In this document: piece after piece, positions 1 through 10,467 of the stretch
How the letters are laid out: every line of letters starts with the position of its first letter
Position numbering within the stretch: the first letter of the stretch is position 1
Origin: Octopus sinensis
Taxonomy: Eukaryota
Direction of reading: 5' to 3'
Assembly (NCBI RefSeq): GCF_006345805.1
Contig: NC_043003.1
Coordinates: forward strand, 42,842,001-42,906,000
Length of the DNA stretch: 64,000 bases
Made by a program: the position numbers and the translations under genes
Notes under the pieces: generated by a model
Database searches by the model: none
What the model saw: the letters and a program-made list of their open reading frames with translations, nothing else
What the model was told of the DNA's origin: nothing

Positions 1-83
1 GGAAAGTTCGTTCCAAGACACAGAATTATTTTTCTAAGGACGGCCAAAAATTGCCTTTGTATATAAGTCTGTTCTCTCAATGA

Positions 84-1452
84 CACCGATGGGATCTGTT
101 CAGTTTGGCTCACAGATTTTTTAATTAACTCTTTTTAACTAAACAGATTGAGAACTTCGTATACTAGTGTAATTTCTCACGCAGAATACGGTTTACTGTG
201 AACATTTTTGACAAAATTTCGTATTTTAGAAGTTATTTCGAGTTAAAGTTGTCGTATTTAGATAATTTTAACCAATCAACGACGTCTACTCAGTTGAAGA
301 AAGCTACTGCAGTTTGCAATGGTAATCGAAGAGGAACAATTTCCGGGTTATCCCTACTAAATGTCACCACTCTGTTCTATTTTATTTGTTTACTCTCTGT
401 GTTGCATATTACACGCTTTTTTTGTTCTCGCGTCGGAGTAACCTGTAAACATCAGCACCAAGAAGGAAGAAACATTATTTACATATATTTATTCGTTGCC
501 CGACATCGGCATTTAAGTCACAGGGCCGAATTTCGGGGGAAAGTTTGGTTTTATCGTCACATAAAGCGCACCGGTGTTTAAAAGACCTATAGAGCTACGG
601 GTCCGCAGCTAGCTTTTTGCTGTTGACGTGTATGTAGTTCCAAAATGTCTTATTTTACAACTATGTGATGTATTGTTATTGTTATGATTTTATCTTACTA
701 TAATCAACAACAAACACATTTCGTCAAAGTTTATTAGATTAGAATAACATTATCAAAACATGATGGTAAAAAAACCCAAAGAACAAATATACTTTATTTT
801 CTTCCAGGCACCAATGTACTGTAGCCATACTTTTTCACGTTGTTCACCAACCGACCTTTACTTTGAAAAAATTAGTGGAATCAGTCGATCTCCATACACA
901 CATTATTTTCCGCCTGAAACTTTAAAAAAAAAGTACACATAATTGGTGCACCTTTCTATAATCCGCACAACACTAAATTTTCCAAGTAAAAAATAGCGGC
1001 TTATACACCGGAAAAAACTGTAATTGTAGTCGCAGTGACAAGTTCGCTCGCTGGTTAGTAGTTGATAGTGGAGCAGTGGCTGTCTGCTAGTAGAAAGGAA
1101 AAAAATAAGGAATGCACGGTACTGATTAGAAAGGAAGAAAGGATAACATACAAATAGAATAGAGTTGGGACATTTAGTAGAGATAACCCCGAAGTTTTCC
1201 CTCTTCGATTACTATAGCAAACAGCAGTAGCTTTCTTCAACTGAATACAGTCGTTGATTGGGTAAACAACCCAAAATACGACAATTTAACACGAAATAAC
1301 TTCTAAAATACGAAATTTTGTCAAAAATGTTCAAAATGAACCGTGTTCTGAGTGAGAAATTACACTACTATACGAAGTTACAAACTGTTTAGATAAAAAA
1401 AAATACTTAATTAAAAAACTGTGAGCCAAACTGAACAGATCCCACCGATGTT
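84..1452. mobile_element. Foldback/MITE-like element with ~310-bp imperfect terminal inverted repeats (arms ~84-392 and ~1143-1452)
   Basis: Reverse complement of 1143-1452 aligns to 84-392 (e.g. GGGATCTGTTCAGTTTGGCTCACAG at ~91 vs CTGTGAGCCAAACTGAACAGATCCC at ~1419). ORFs 198..581(+) and 1055..1240(-) share KKATAVC..NRRG..SGLSLLNV because of this symmetry. No transposase in the spacer; weak similarity may run on towards the window start. Confidence 0.6.
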
Positions 1453-1587
1453 GTTCAAGGGTAAGATTTGGGCCGATATATCTTGAAAAAACTGGTGTTG
1501 AAAACGTTACCGTCAAAATGTAAAGCAACACTGCATATACTGCAAGATATCCAGTCCGACATTCTAAGAGACCCGCTAGTCTGATAC

Positions 1588-1695
1588 CCATAACTGGTAC
1601 TTGATTCATCGACTTCTAAAGGATGGACTCAAATATGGCCTTGGCGTGATTTGATCTGAACGTAAAGAGATCCAGAATAAATGACGCAAAGTATT
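1588..1695 (-). mobile_element. Diverged fragment of SINE family C
   Basis: TAACTGGTACTTGATTCATCGAC..AAAGGATG matches the family-C core seen intact at 42240-42320 and 54815-54890. Confidence 0.45.
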
Positions 1696-1994
1696 CTAAC
1701 TGATGCACTAATGACACTACTAATTTGTTGTCTTACTTTCAGGAACAGAAGCAAGAGCAGCAGCAGCAGCAACAACAACAATAACAGTAGCAGCGGTAGT
1801 AGTTATAGTAGTAGAAAGAGTAGGAGAAGTGACGGACTCTCATCGAAGACGACGCATGAGCGTTCAGTTTCCTGCCGAAGGACCTACGCAAAAGATTTGT
1901 TTATAGTGATCAAATGTATGTGCTGTGCATTAGCTCACTCTTTCCAGCAAATCGACGTTGCCTGAAGAGGCTCACGGTGTATCATATGTCAGGT

Positions 1995-2115
1995 GTCGAA
2001 GTGACTGCAGGGCAACGTGATATGAAATGTTTTGCTCAAGAACACGACACACTACCCGGTCTAGGAACTGAAACCAGGATCTCGCAATCGTAACAGCGGC
2101 ACCCTAACCACTACA
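1995..2115 (-). mobile_element. Decayed tRNA-derived SINE head (separate family)
   Basis: The minus strand reads GTAGTGGTTAGGGTG...GGTTTCAGTTCCTAGACCGGG...GTGTTCTTGAGCAAAACATTTCA: A-box and B-box-like motifs followed by a CORE-like stretch. Confidence 0.5.
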
Positions 2116-2118
2116 TCA

Positions 2119-2151
2119 TGGTTAGTAGTAGTAGTAGTAGTGGTGGTGGTG

Positions 2152-2207
<56 letters not shown>

Positions 2208-2275
2208 GGTGGTAGTAGTAGTAGTAGTAGCAGCAGCAGCAGTAGTAGTAGAAGTAGAAGTAATTGTTGTTGTTT

Positions 2276-2310
<35 letters not shown>
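2119..2310. repeat. Compound trinucleotide microsatellite (GTA/GTG/GCA)n
   Basis: Seen directly; source of the poly-S/G/V ORFs. Confidence 0.95.
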
Positions 2311-2311
<1 letters not shown>

Positions 2312-2723
2312 GTGCTGTTGAAGTAAAAATCGCTAGAGTAGTTTGAAGATGTGATTAAAAATATGCACTGAATATTGTTTTGTGAGAATAATTGGGAAGA
2401 ATCTGTAGAACAGTATTGGTGGCGGTGGTCATGGTTGTGGTCGTTGTGTTGGTAATGGTTTTAGAGACGCTAGTTTGTGGTGGTAGTTCCGATTGTTGAC
2501 GAGGGTTGAAGAGAAGAAAATTGGTTTGTTTGTGTTGAAGGAACAAAGAAGTTATGTTTTGGTTAGTGGTGGCGGTGGTGGATTTGGTGATGGGTGATGA
2601 AGCAAGAAAGGAAAGTCGATGAGTGGTGGCATGAGGAATACCAGAAGAATATACTGATGATGATGCGTTGTGAAGTGGTAGTTGATGTGTCAGAAAACCA
2701 GAGATGTGGAAAATCAGGCACAA

Positions 2724-2726
<3 letters not shown>

Positions 2727-2789
<63 letters not shown>
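2727..2789. repeat. (GA)n microsatellite
   Basis: Seen directly. Confidence 0.97.
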
Positions 2790-2794
<5 letters not shown>

Positions 2795-3001
2795 GGTAAG
2801 AGAGGCAAAAAGGGATAGATAAACTAAGAATGAAACGACAGCGATGAAAGTTTGAAGGATAGATCATAAAAGGATAGATAGAAAATGAAAGGGAGAACGG
2901 GTAAGTTTGAGAGCGAGCAACACAGAGTTATGGTGAGTGAATGAAATACTAGAAGCTAACGATTTAAGTGTGGCTAGTTGAAGTTTGAAAATCCCAAAAT
3001 T

Positions 3002-3215
3002 GTTTTCAAATTTGGGCACAAGACCAGCAATTTCAGGAGCCGGGGTAAGTCGATTATATTGACCCTAGTGTTGAACTGGTACTTATTTATTATTTATCGA
3101 ACCCGAACTGATGAAAGACAATATCGACCTCCGCGGAATTTTAACTCAGAACGTAAAACAGGCATAATGCCGCTTAGCATTTTGCCTGGTGTGCTAACGA
3201 TTCTGCTAGCTTGTC
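3002..3215 (-). mobile_element. SINE family C, tail variant 2 (diverged full length)
   Basis: TTTCAAATTTGGGCACAAGACCAGCAATTT tail, core GTCGATT..GACCC.AGT..AACTGGTACTT, head GTGCTAACGATTCTGCTAGC; collinear with 4348-4546 and 49083-49290. Confidence 0.75.
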
Positions 3216-3489
3216 GAAAATGAAAATTGAAGGGAAATTAACAAGTTTCTTTCAAAAACACTTTGTGTTTAAGCTGAATATAGTTTTACGTTAAAGAAAG
3301 CATTCAAAATCAATTTTAGCTGTATTATTTTGAAGGCTGGCGTTTATGCTTCGAATGTAAATAGTGGTGTTGAGTTACGTTTTACAGTCTGGTCGAGCTT
3401 CTCAGTCACTTTTAGTTATCATTTCTTGATTCAACAATTCGCATTCTCACCTGGAATCGATTTTTGTAATTTTTTCAAGACTTATGCAC

Positions 3490-3588
3490 GCCCTGATACC
3501 GTCGGTATCTACATATGAAATTTGAGCGCAATCGGATGGAGGATGCCCGAGATCCTAGAAGACACACAGACAGAACGGATTTCATGTA

Positions 3589-3619
<31 letters not shown>

Positions 3620-3620
3620 A
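3490..3620. mobile_element. Possible Helentron-associated (DINE-1/HINE-like) non-autonomous fragment
   Basis: TGAAATTTGAGCGCAATCGGATG...GATCCTAGAAGACACACAGACAG followed by (TA)n resembles HINE-type architecture from memory; no termini confirmed. Confidence 0.25.
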
Positions 3621-4347
3621 ATATATATAATGCGCAGTGGTGGATTTTCGTAATGCATTTTTCCTCCCCACCATCCTGACATGTACAATGTTGTAGCTAT
3701 GCTAGAAATCATTGTTTAGGTTTCGTAAGGAAAGAGGATGGTAGATTTATAGAATTGTTAGAATGTCGGAAAAAATAATTTGCGCTTTTACCTTTCTTTC
3801 TTTACACTCTAAATTCAAAGGTCAATTTTGCTTTATTTTTCCGTTCGGAATCTATAAAATTAAGTACGAATCACGTATTTAAGCCACACTCCAAATTTCT
3901 TGCCTTGTGCTCAGGTTGGAAATATTTGCTTCATTTTTGTTCCTTTGTTAAAATTAGCAATTTCTTCTGCTTTGAGAATCTACAGTTATACAAATGATTA
4001 ACGATAGCGACTGGAATTATATATATTATTATTATATATATTATTGACATAGCTGTAACATTAGCGAATGAAAATAAGTCTTTTCTGAGAGCTGTACTAA
4101 TGATAGACATACTTCTCTATATTTCAACCTGCGTTCTGCCCACGCTTATGCTCCTACTGTGTTACCCCATTGCAACCCCTTCTGTCAGCAATTGCTCTTT
4201 CACTCTTGCACCGTCTATCTAATCTTCTTTCCAGCCCATTACTCTGTCGTTCTTAATTTACACTCACCCGACTTTAAAAAAATGTAGTCTTTGGCAAAGC
4301 TGGAACGTAACTCATTCGTATTATAAGCGGCTTACGTACACTCAATA

Positions 4348-4546
4348 TTGGTTTCAAATTTTGGCACAAAGCCAGCAATTTCGGGAGAGGGGTTAAGCTG
4401 ATTACAACGATCCCAGTACTCAAGTAGTACTTATTTTATTGATCCCACAAGGATGAGAGACAAATTTGAACTTGGCGGAAATTGAACTCAGAAGGTAAAG
4501 GCGGACGAAATGTCGCTAAGCATTTCGCCCGGTGTGCTAAACGTGC
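4348..4546 (-). mobile_element. SINE family C, tail variant 2
   Basis: TTGGTTTCAAATTTTGGCACAAAGCCAGCAATTT tail through GCTAAGCATTTCGCCCGGTGTGCTAA head; collinear with the other C copies. Confidence 0.8.
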
Positions 4547-5299
4547 CGTTAATACTGAGTGTTAACATGACGAGTTCATTGAAAACCAATGCTCCACTCT
4601 TTGTGTTTGTATAGATTCTTTGAGAATAAATTTTTCACGGTCACGTGATAAAATCGCATATTGTGTATTACTGGTATATTTAATCAGGAAATCAGGAAGT
4701 GATGAGACTAATAAAGTATGAAGCTGATTGACCTCAGGATGAATTGAAATAAAATCACTGATGTTGAAAACCAATTTCTTTAAACTATATTTTGTGTGGT
4801 TCCAGCCCTTCTGAAATCCCGGCGCAAAATTCCACAATGTGGTTTAAAAGGAAGCATTACAAAAGCTAAAAAAACACACACCATAGCTGTAACATGATAA
4901 GCAACAGCCCAAGAAGTGTAAAATTAAGAACGTTGACATTTATGAAGTTGTGATGTTCATGCTTTTTTTTCTAAAAGAGTTATGAAGACCAAAAATGGCA
5001 GCAGCAAAAAAATAAAAATTCAAGAATTTACAAATGTGGTAAGAAATATAATATACTTCAATAACAACAACAAAATTCGGAAGAGCAGAAAATAAATAAC
5101 AACAAGAGTAGCAGCAAAACAAACCAATCATGTAATGTTCCCCATTTACCATTTCGTGTGAGTTGTGGGAAGGGCACAGGTGCAGGTCTTTAAGGGCCTA
5201 CATCTGAGAATCGGGTCGTTCCGGTTGTCACATAACAATGTGCTAATATGTGAATTTTCTCCAACACCATTCCACCGACATAGCCACCACCACCAACAA

Positions 5300-5720
5300 C
5301 AACACCACCACCACCAACACCAACAACAACATCAACAACATCAACATCAACAACAACAACAACAACAACAAACTATCACCACTACCATCACGTGCAACAA
5401 CAGTAACATTACCACTTCGACTACTACCACGACCAACACTACCAGCATGTCATTACCGCCATAGCCAGCATCACTATCATCAACTTTGGTGCCACCCGTC
5501 CAAGACTGCTTCTAACGCTACCAAAACATGACTATTAGCAACACTACTACCAGCAACACCACCACCACCATCACTTTCACCACCGGCGCAACAGCAACAA
5601 CAGCAATCTCCGTCACCATCACCACTGCAGCCACCACCACCACCACCACCACCACCACCATCCTCCTCCTCCTCCACATCATCATCATCATCGTCATCAT
5701 CAACAGCAGCATCATCACCT
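5300..5720. repeat. Compound trinucleotide low-complexity tract (CAA/CAC/CAT/CAG)
   Basis: Seen directly; source of the poly-Q/T/H/N ORFs. Confidence 0.9.
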
Positions 5721-5852
5721 CATTTCTCGCATCCAGACAGGCTTACCATAGCTGAGTTCCTAACTTGTCATCGCTTTCCGCACATACGCACACGTCACCA
5801 CACATCACCACCTTCACTATTTGCTGTGTTGTTGTGGTTCTCCTGCCTCCTT

Positions 5853-5878
5853 GTCGTCGTCGTCGTCGTCATCCTCAC

Positions 5879-5925
<47 letters not shown>

Positions 5926-5926
5926 A

Positions 5927-5963
<37 letters not shown>

Positions 5964-5991
5964 TATTCCTGCAAATAGTAGGAAGGTTGTT

Positions 5992-6068
<77 letters not shown>
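5853..6068. repeat. (CGT/CAT)n followed by (TATC)n microsatellites
   Basis: Seen directly. Confidence 0.95.
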
Positions 6069-6213
6069 ATTATTTCGTTCTTTTTATGTGTCTAAGGAAT
6101 ATATTCCTTAAAATACATCATTGAGGTTTTTCCGGTAATAATTTACGAAAGTACTCGGTAAGTTGATAAATGAAATGTTACACTCAGGCTTTACTATAAG
6201 CATGAAACATGAA

Positions 6214-6300
6214 CTTGAACAAACGTCTTCTGCTATAGCCCCCGGCCGACCAAAGCCTGTGAGTGGTTTTGGAAGACGGAAACAGAAAAAAACCCCACTG
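6214..6300 (+). mobile_element. SINE family A, 5'-module fragment
   Basis: GTCTTCTGCTATAGCCCCCGGCCGACCAAAGCCTGTGAGTGG..TTTGGAAGACGGAAAC matches full copies at 12416 and 15109 and runs into a TA-rich array. Confidence 0.8.
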
Positions 6301-6344
6301 TATACATACATATATACATACATACATACATATATACATACATA

Positions 6345-6387
<43 letters not shown>

Positions 6388-6451
6388 CATATATATGTAT
6401 ATATATGTATATATGTAAGTATGTATATATATATGTATATATATGTATATA

Positions 6452-6540
<89 letters not shown>
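6301..6540. repeat. (TA)n/(TATG)n microsatellite
   Basis: Seen directly. Confidence 0.95.
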
Positions 6541-6541
<1 letters not shown>

Positions 6542-6700
6542 CCAAATCAAAAACAAAAACAAAAATACCAAAACCCATACGCATGTACTCAGTGAATTTA
6601 AGATGGAAAAAAGAGGCGGTGTGACATTTCAAACATGGTTCTTCGTCAAGAAGAGGAAAGAGGAAGAATCTGGAGAGAAGAAACAGAATAATCCGACAAA
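6541..6700 (-). mobile_element. Diverged short element with a decayed hammerhead-like motif (6621-6650)
   Basis: Minus strand: UUGACGA-A-GAAC-CAU-GUUU-GAAA-U-GUC, the same layout as the 39.7, 43.0 and 45.2 kb motifs. Stem I is not preserved. The 3' end abuts (TA)n. Confidence 0.4.
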
Positions 6701-6832
6701 AGCTCGTGTGTGGTTACATGGCTGAAGTGACCGGGGTTTTGATTCGTAGGGGGTTTTTTCATGTTATTTCGCATACTTTCATCGAATGTAACATCGAAAT
6801 CACATGTAAACGGTTCCTTTCCACAGAAAAGG

Positions 6833-6952
6833 AAAGATTTGGCTGCTATTTCTTGCACGACCTGCTACCACGTAACAGCTATTTCGGGTCCCTTTACCTC
6901 AAATAGCTGTTGCGTGGTCGCAATGTGTGATAGAAATAGCAACCAAATCTTT
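6833..6952. other. 120-nt nested foldback (21-bp outer stem, 18-bp inner stem, 16-nt loop)
   Basis: 6833-6853 pairs with 6932-6952 (20/21) and 6867-6884 pairs with 6901-6918 (17/18 plus one G-U on the + strand). Confidence 0.85.
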
Positions 6953-7524
6953 GTCGGTGTGATAAGCTGAATGCAATCGAAAAAAAAACTATTTAACAGT
7001 GAGGTTACGAACGGGTCTTTTACGAAATATGTACCATATTTTAAAAGTCCCTTTCAGTTTAGAATATTTTTTAAATATGCCCCCTCCCCCACCACCACCA
7101 ACAAAAAAGAGAGAAATTTTGTGATGGTATTCACTTAAAAATAATTTTAAAAAAACATAAAAATATTGTCTGTTTAAAGAAAGCTACAATATAAACACAT
7201 ACTGTACAAACAACTTGCATTTTTGAAGTCACATTCACTTAAAAATACTTCTAGATGTGTTAACGAAAATAGAAACATTTAAAGTTTAAAAAAAACCGTT
7301 GTCAACTCACTGTCTAATAGAAAGATAGGAGTTTCTACCCTTTCAGGATGAAGATTATTTTCGGAATATGTTCCCATTATACACCGTGTTGGGTATTTAT
7401 ACCCCCAAATCTCTAATATTTCGAAACCTCTTTACCGATTTACGTGAAACTTGTTTCATTCCGTTCGTATTAACATTTCAGGGTAAACTTAAATCATAGT
7501 ATTTTCTCATTATGCGCCAGTGGA

Positions 7525-7595
7525 TGACACTTGCTCTAGGCGCCACACACTGGGACGCGCCTGGAACCATGTTGTTTGAAAGCAAACTTCTTACA
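7525..7595 (-). mobile_element. Decayed SINE family A head fragment
   Basis: GACACTTGCTCTAGGCGCCACACACTGGGAC..GGAACCATG resembles the reverse of the family-A head. Confidence 0.4.
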
Positions 7596-7653
7596 ATAAA
7601 GCCATGTTCAGGGGTATCTTGTGGGCATGTTTACATCAGTTTTCGTCTTTTAT

Positions 7654-8002
7654 CTCTTGTTTCAGTCATTAGGCTGCAGTCATTCTTGGGCACGGTTTTG
7701 AAGAATTTTAGTCGAATAAATCAATCGTAGTACTTTTCTTTTTCAGAAGCCTGGTACTTATTCTATCGGTGTCTTTTGCCGAACCGCTATGCTTTGCTAT
7801 TAGGATCCGAACACACCAACACCGATTGTCATGTTGTGATAGGGTAACGGGCGTCTTTTACTTTCCGTCTACTAAATTCACTCACAAGTCTTTAGTTGTC
7901 TCGAGGCTATAGAAGAAGACACATGCTCAAGGTGTCGCACTTTAGGACTAAATCCGGATACATGTAGTTAGAAAGGAAGGCCCTTACTACATAACCGCTC
8001 CA
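7654..8002 (-). mobile_element. SINE family A, old diverged near-full copy
   Basis: CTTGTTTCAGTCATT tail, GTACTTATTCTATCGG..TTTTGCCGAACCGCTA, TTTCCGTCTAC..CACTCACAAG, GAGGCTATAG.AGAAGACAC; lacks the internal microsatellite. Confidence 0.75.
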
Positions 8003-8350
8003 CGCCTACATGCTAGTTTTTAATTTTTTTTTGTTCCTGTTTACCAAAAAGATTTTAATACTAATATTTTTGTATTATACTCTTAAAACTATTATATATT
8101 TTGCAAGTAAGAACTTCGCGATTTATAAATACAATTATAAACTTGACTGATGATGTATAAATTTAATCGTAGAAAACCGAAATTCTGGGATCTTCGTGGT
8201 ATTCGTCAGTTTACAATTTTTTTCAATTACTTTCAAATTTGGCATATGGATTAAGTTTTGTATACTAATTATGAAATTAAAATTCATTTTCCCGATAAAT
8301 CCATAATTAAAAAGTTATTAGCCTTGAAATTTGCAAAATGTGGGTATTTT

Positions 8351-8495
8351 AGCCAATCAGAAACGAATAGTTTAGATATCACTGTGGCGAAAAAGTCTGT
8401 TTCTATAGTAACCAAAGCAAAGAAGCACCACGAGGTCCATAGCTGATCGCGAAGAACTTTGTTTCCATAGTAACCAAAGATGCTGCGCATGTGCA
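8351..8495. promoter_or_regulatory. Cluster of CCAAT box, two RFX X-box-like sites and an NRF1-like palindrome (function unproven)
   Basis: AGCCAATCAG 8351-8360; GTTTCTATAGTAAC 8399-8412; GTTTCCATAGTAAC 8461-8474; TGCGCATGTGCA 8484-8495. Confidence 0.3.
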
Positions 8496-8711
8496 CAAGG
8501 AGTGTAACCACCACTTCTTCAATAATTGTTTATTTTCATAACAGAAGGGACTCACATTCAACAAATTGAAAGTACCTGGGGATGGTTGACTCTTATATTT
8601 GTGAATTTATGTGGAGGAGATACGAGAAGGATAATTTATTTTATAAAATCCTAGAGTGCATTGCAAACTTTCGTTCTTGAAACTTTTAACTAATAAACGT
8701 CTGTTTTACAC

Positions 8712-8890
8712 AATGTTTTGACTGTTATTTCTAGCAATCCCTGTTGGCCTGTCCGAAGCTTTTAAATATTCAATTTGCTCGCGAATGCTTTAATGTTAAC
8801 TTTGCTCGTGCATGTTTTAATGTTTTGACTGTTATTTCTACCAACTCCTGTTGGTTTGCTTGTTCGTAGCTTTTTAATTTGCACGTGTAA
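8712..8890. repeat. Imperfect tandem duplication, period ~107 bp
   Basis: AATGTTTTGACTGTTATTTCTA occurs exactly at 8712 and 8819, each followed by similar CCTGTTGG...AGCTTTT sequence. Confidence 0.7.
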
Positions 8891-9003
8891 CTAGTTTAAT
8901 GTTTTAATGTTTTTCCCCCACCCCCTGATGATGGAAGAGACAGCGAACGCGCTGTTTTCTGACTGGCTGAAAATTCTGAAAATTATCAAACATTGAACAC
9001 CAC

Positions 9004-9397
9004 TTTCTCTTTCTTTTTTACTTGTTTCAGTCATTTGACTGCGGCCATGCTGGAGCACCGCCTTTAATCGAGCAACTCGACCCCGGGACTTATTCTTTGT
9101 AAGCCCAGTACTTATTCTATCGGTCTCTTATTTGCCGAACCGCTAAGTGACGGGGACGTAAACACACCAGCATCGGTTGTCAAGCGATGCTAGGGGGACA
9201 AACACAGACACACAAACACACACATATATATATATATATACGACAGGCTTCTTTCAGTTTCCGTCTACCAAATCCACTCACAAGGCATTGGTCGGCCCGG
9301 GGCTATAGCAGAAGACACTTGCCCAAGATGCCACGCAGTGGGACTGAACCCGGAACCATGTGGTTGGTTAGCAAGCTACTTACCACACAGCCACTCC
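9004..9397 (-). mobile_element. SINE family A, full length (tRNA-like head, CORE-like box, internal CA/TA microsatellite, 3' module)
   Basis: Minus strand GGAGTGGCTGTGTGGTAAGTAGCTTGCTAACCAACCACATGGTTCCGGGTTCAGTCCC (A/B boxes), CTTGGGCAAGTG, 3' end GCATGGCCGCAGTCAAATGACTGAAACAAGTAAAA; highly similar to 12416 and 15109. Confidence 0.95.
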
Positions 9398-9429
9398 TGC
9401 GCCTATAACATTTTTGCGAAATTTTTCTA

Positions 9430-9845
9430 TGGATCTTTTCGGTTTGAACGGCAGTTTTTTCTAGCGGTGTCATATGAAATTGTCACCCATAATTATGACA
9501 CTAGTATCGATCTATTGCCTTTCAATCTGTTTTAGGGTTAGGGCTAGGGGCGGGGGGAGGGTATCTCTTTTTCTTCAGAAATGTAAATAAACCCAATGTG
9601 TTTCTTAAACGAGGGACATATTCATACGGCACAGAATGTTTTCGCCTCAATATACGTCATTGATTGGTTGAAATTGCAGAAATTGAAGAAATAAAACAAC
9701 AAATATCTTACAAACCATAGAATTTTCTCAATAAAGCCAAGAAAAAAAGATGTTTTATAAACACATTCTACCAGCAACGAAGTTTAAAAGTGTTTTGTTA
9801 AGTGGAAATAATTTTAAAAACTGCCGTTCAAACCGAAAAGATCCA
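9430..9845. mobile_element. MITE (416 bp) with perfect 30-bp terminal inverted repeats
   Basis: TGGATCTTTTCGGTTTGAACGGCAGTTTTT (9430-9459) vs AAAAACTGCCGTTCAAACCGAAAAGATCCA (9816-9845). Non-coding interior with TTAGGGTTAGGG at 9532-9543. No clear TSD. Confidence 0.9.
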
Positions 9846-10342
9846 GTGAATAACAAATTCGGGTGCAGCGTTAAAAATTACATCAATATGATACATTGAA
9901 AATTTTTTTTAAAGATAATTGTAAACAGTGACGAAATACACAAAGATTCAAATTCTGGTTCTAATGTCTTCAACAATCGCATGGGGCCCTCTATAAATAT
10001 AATGAGTCAGTAGCCCACGCAATCTCATTTAATTTATCTTGAAGATGAGGTTATGCTTGTCTTTAAATATTGGTGGTGGAGTAAAGAAATTTGCAGTTCC
10101 AAACAAATAGAAGGCACTCCTATACAAAATATGACAAAACAAAGTAACAACAACAAGAGCAACAAGAACAAAACGAAACACACACGCACTTACAAAGGGA
10201 TAAAATTAAAACAGTCCGGTTTTGAGTACAAATAAGGGATTGGCCTGTATATATGTGTGTGTGTGTGTTTCTGTGATACAACTATATATGTATATGTGTA
10301 TATATCTATACATTTATGTATACATGTATATACATGTGTATG

Positions 10343-10383
<41 letters not shown>

Positions 10384-10394
10384 TATATATATAT

Positions 10395-10467
10395 AAAGTT
10401 CTGGGTAAACTTTGAGTTCGGTATATATATTATATGTATAGCGAACTCAAAGTTTACCCAGAACTTT
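10395..10467. other. Perfect 26-bp inverted repeat around a 21-nt TA-rich spacer
   Basis: AAAGTTCTGGGTAAACTTTGAGTTCG (10395-10420) / CGAACTCAAAGTTTACCCAGAACTTT (10442-10467), adjacent to a (TA)n array. Confidence 0.9.

Noticed and set aside
4562-4837. 91-aa non-repetitive ORF (also 14867-15064 and 39370-39594)
   Set aside because: No recognisable domain or TE motif, and the length is within chance expectation.
8921-8955. CTGATGA...GAACGCG hammerhead-like words
   Set aside because: Stem I and stem II do not pair and GAAA is incomplete.
9532-9550. TTAGGG repeats as an interstitial telomere
   Set aside because: Only two perfect units, lying inside a MITE.
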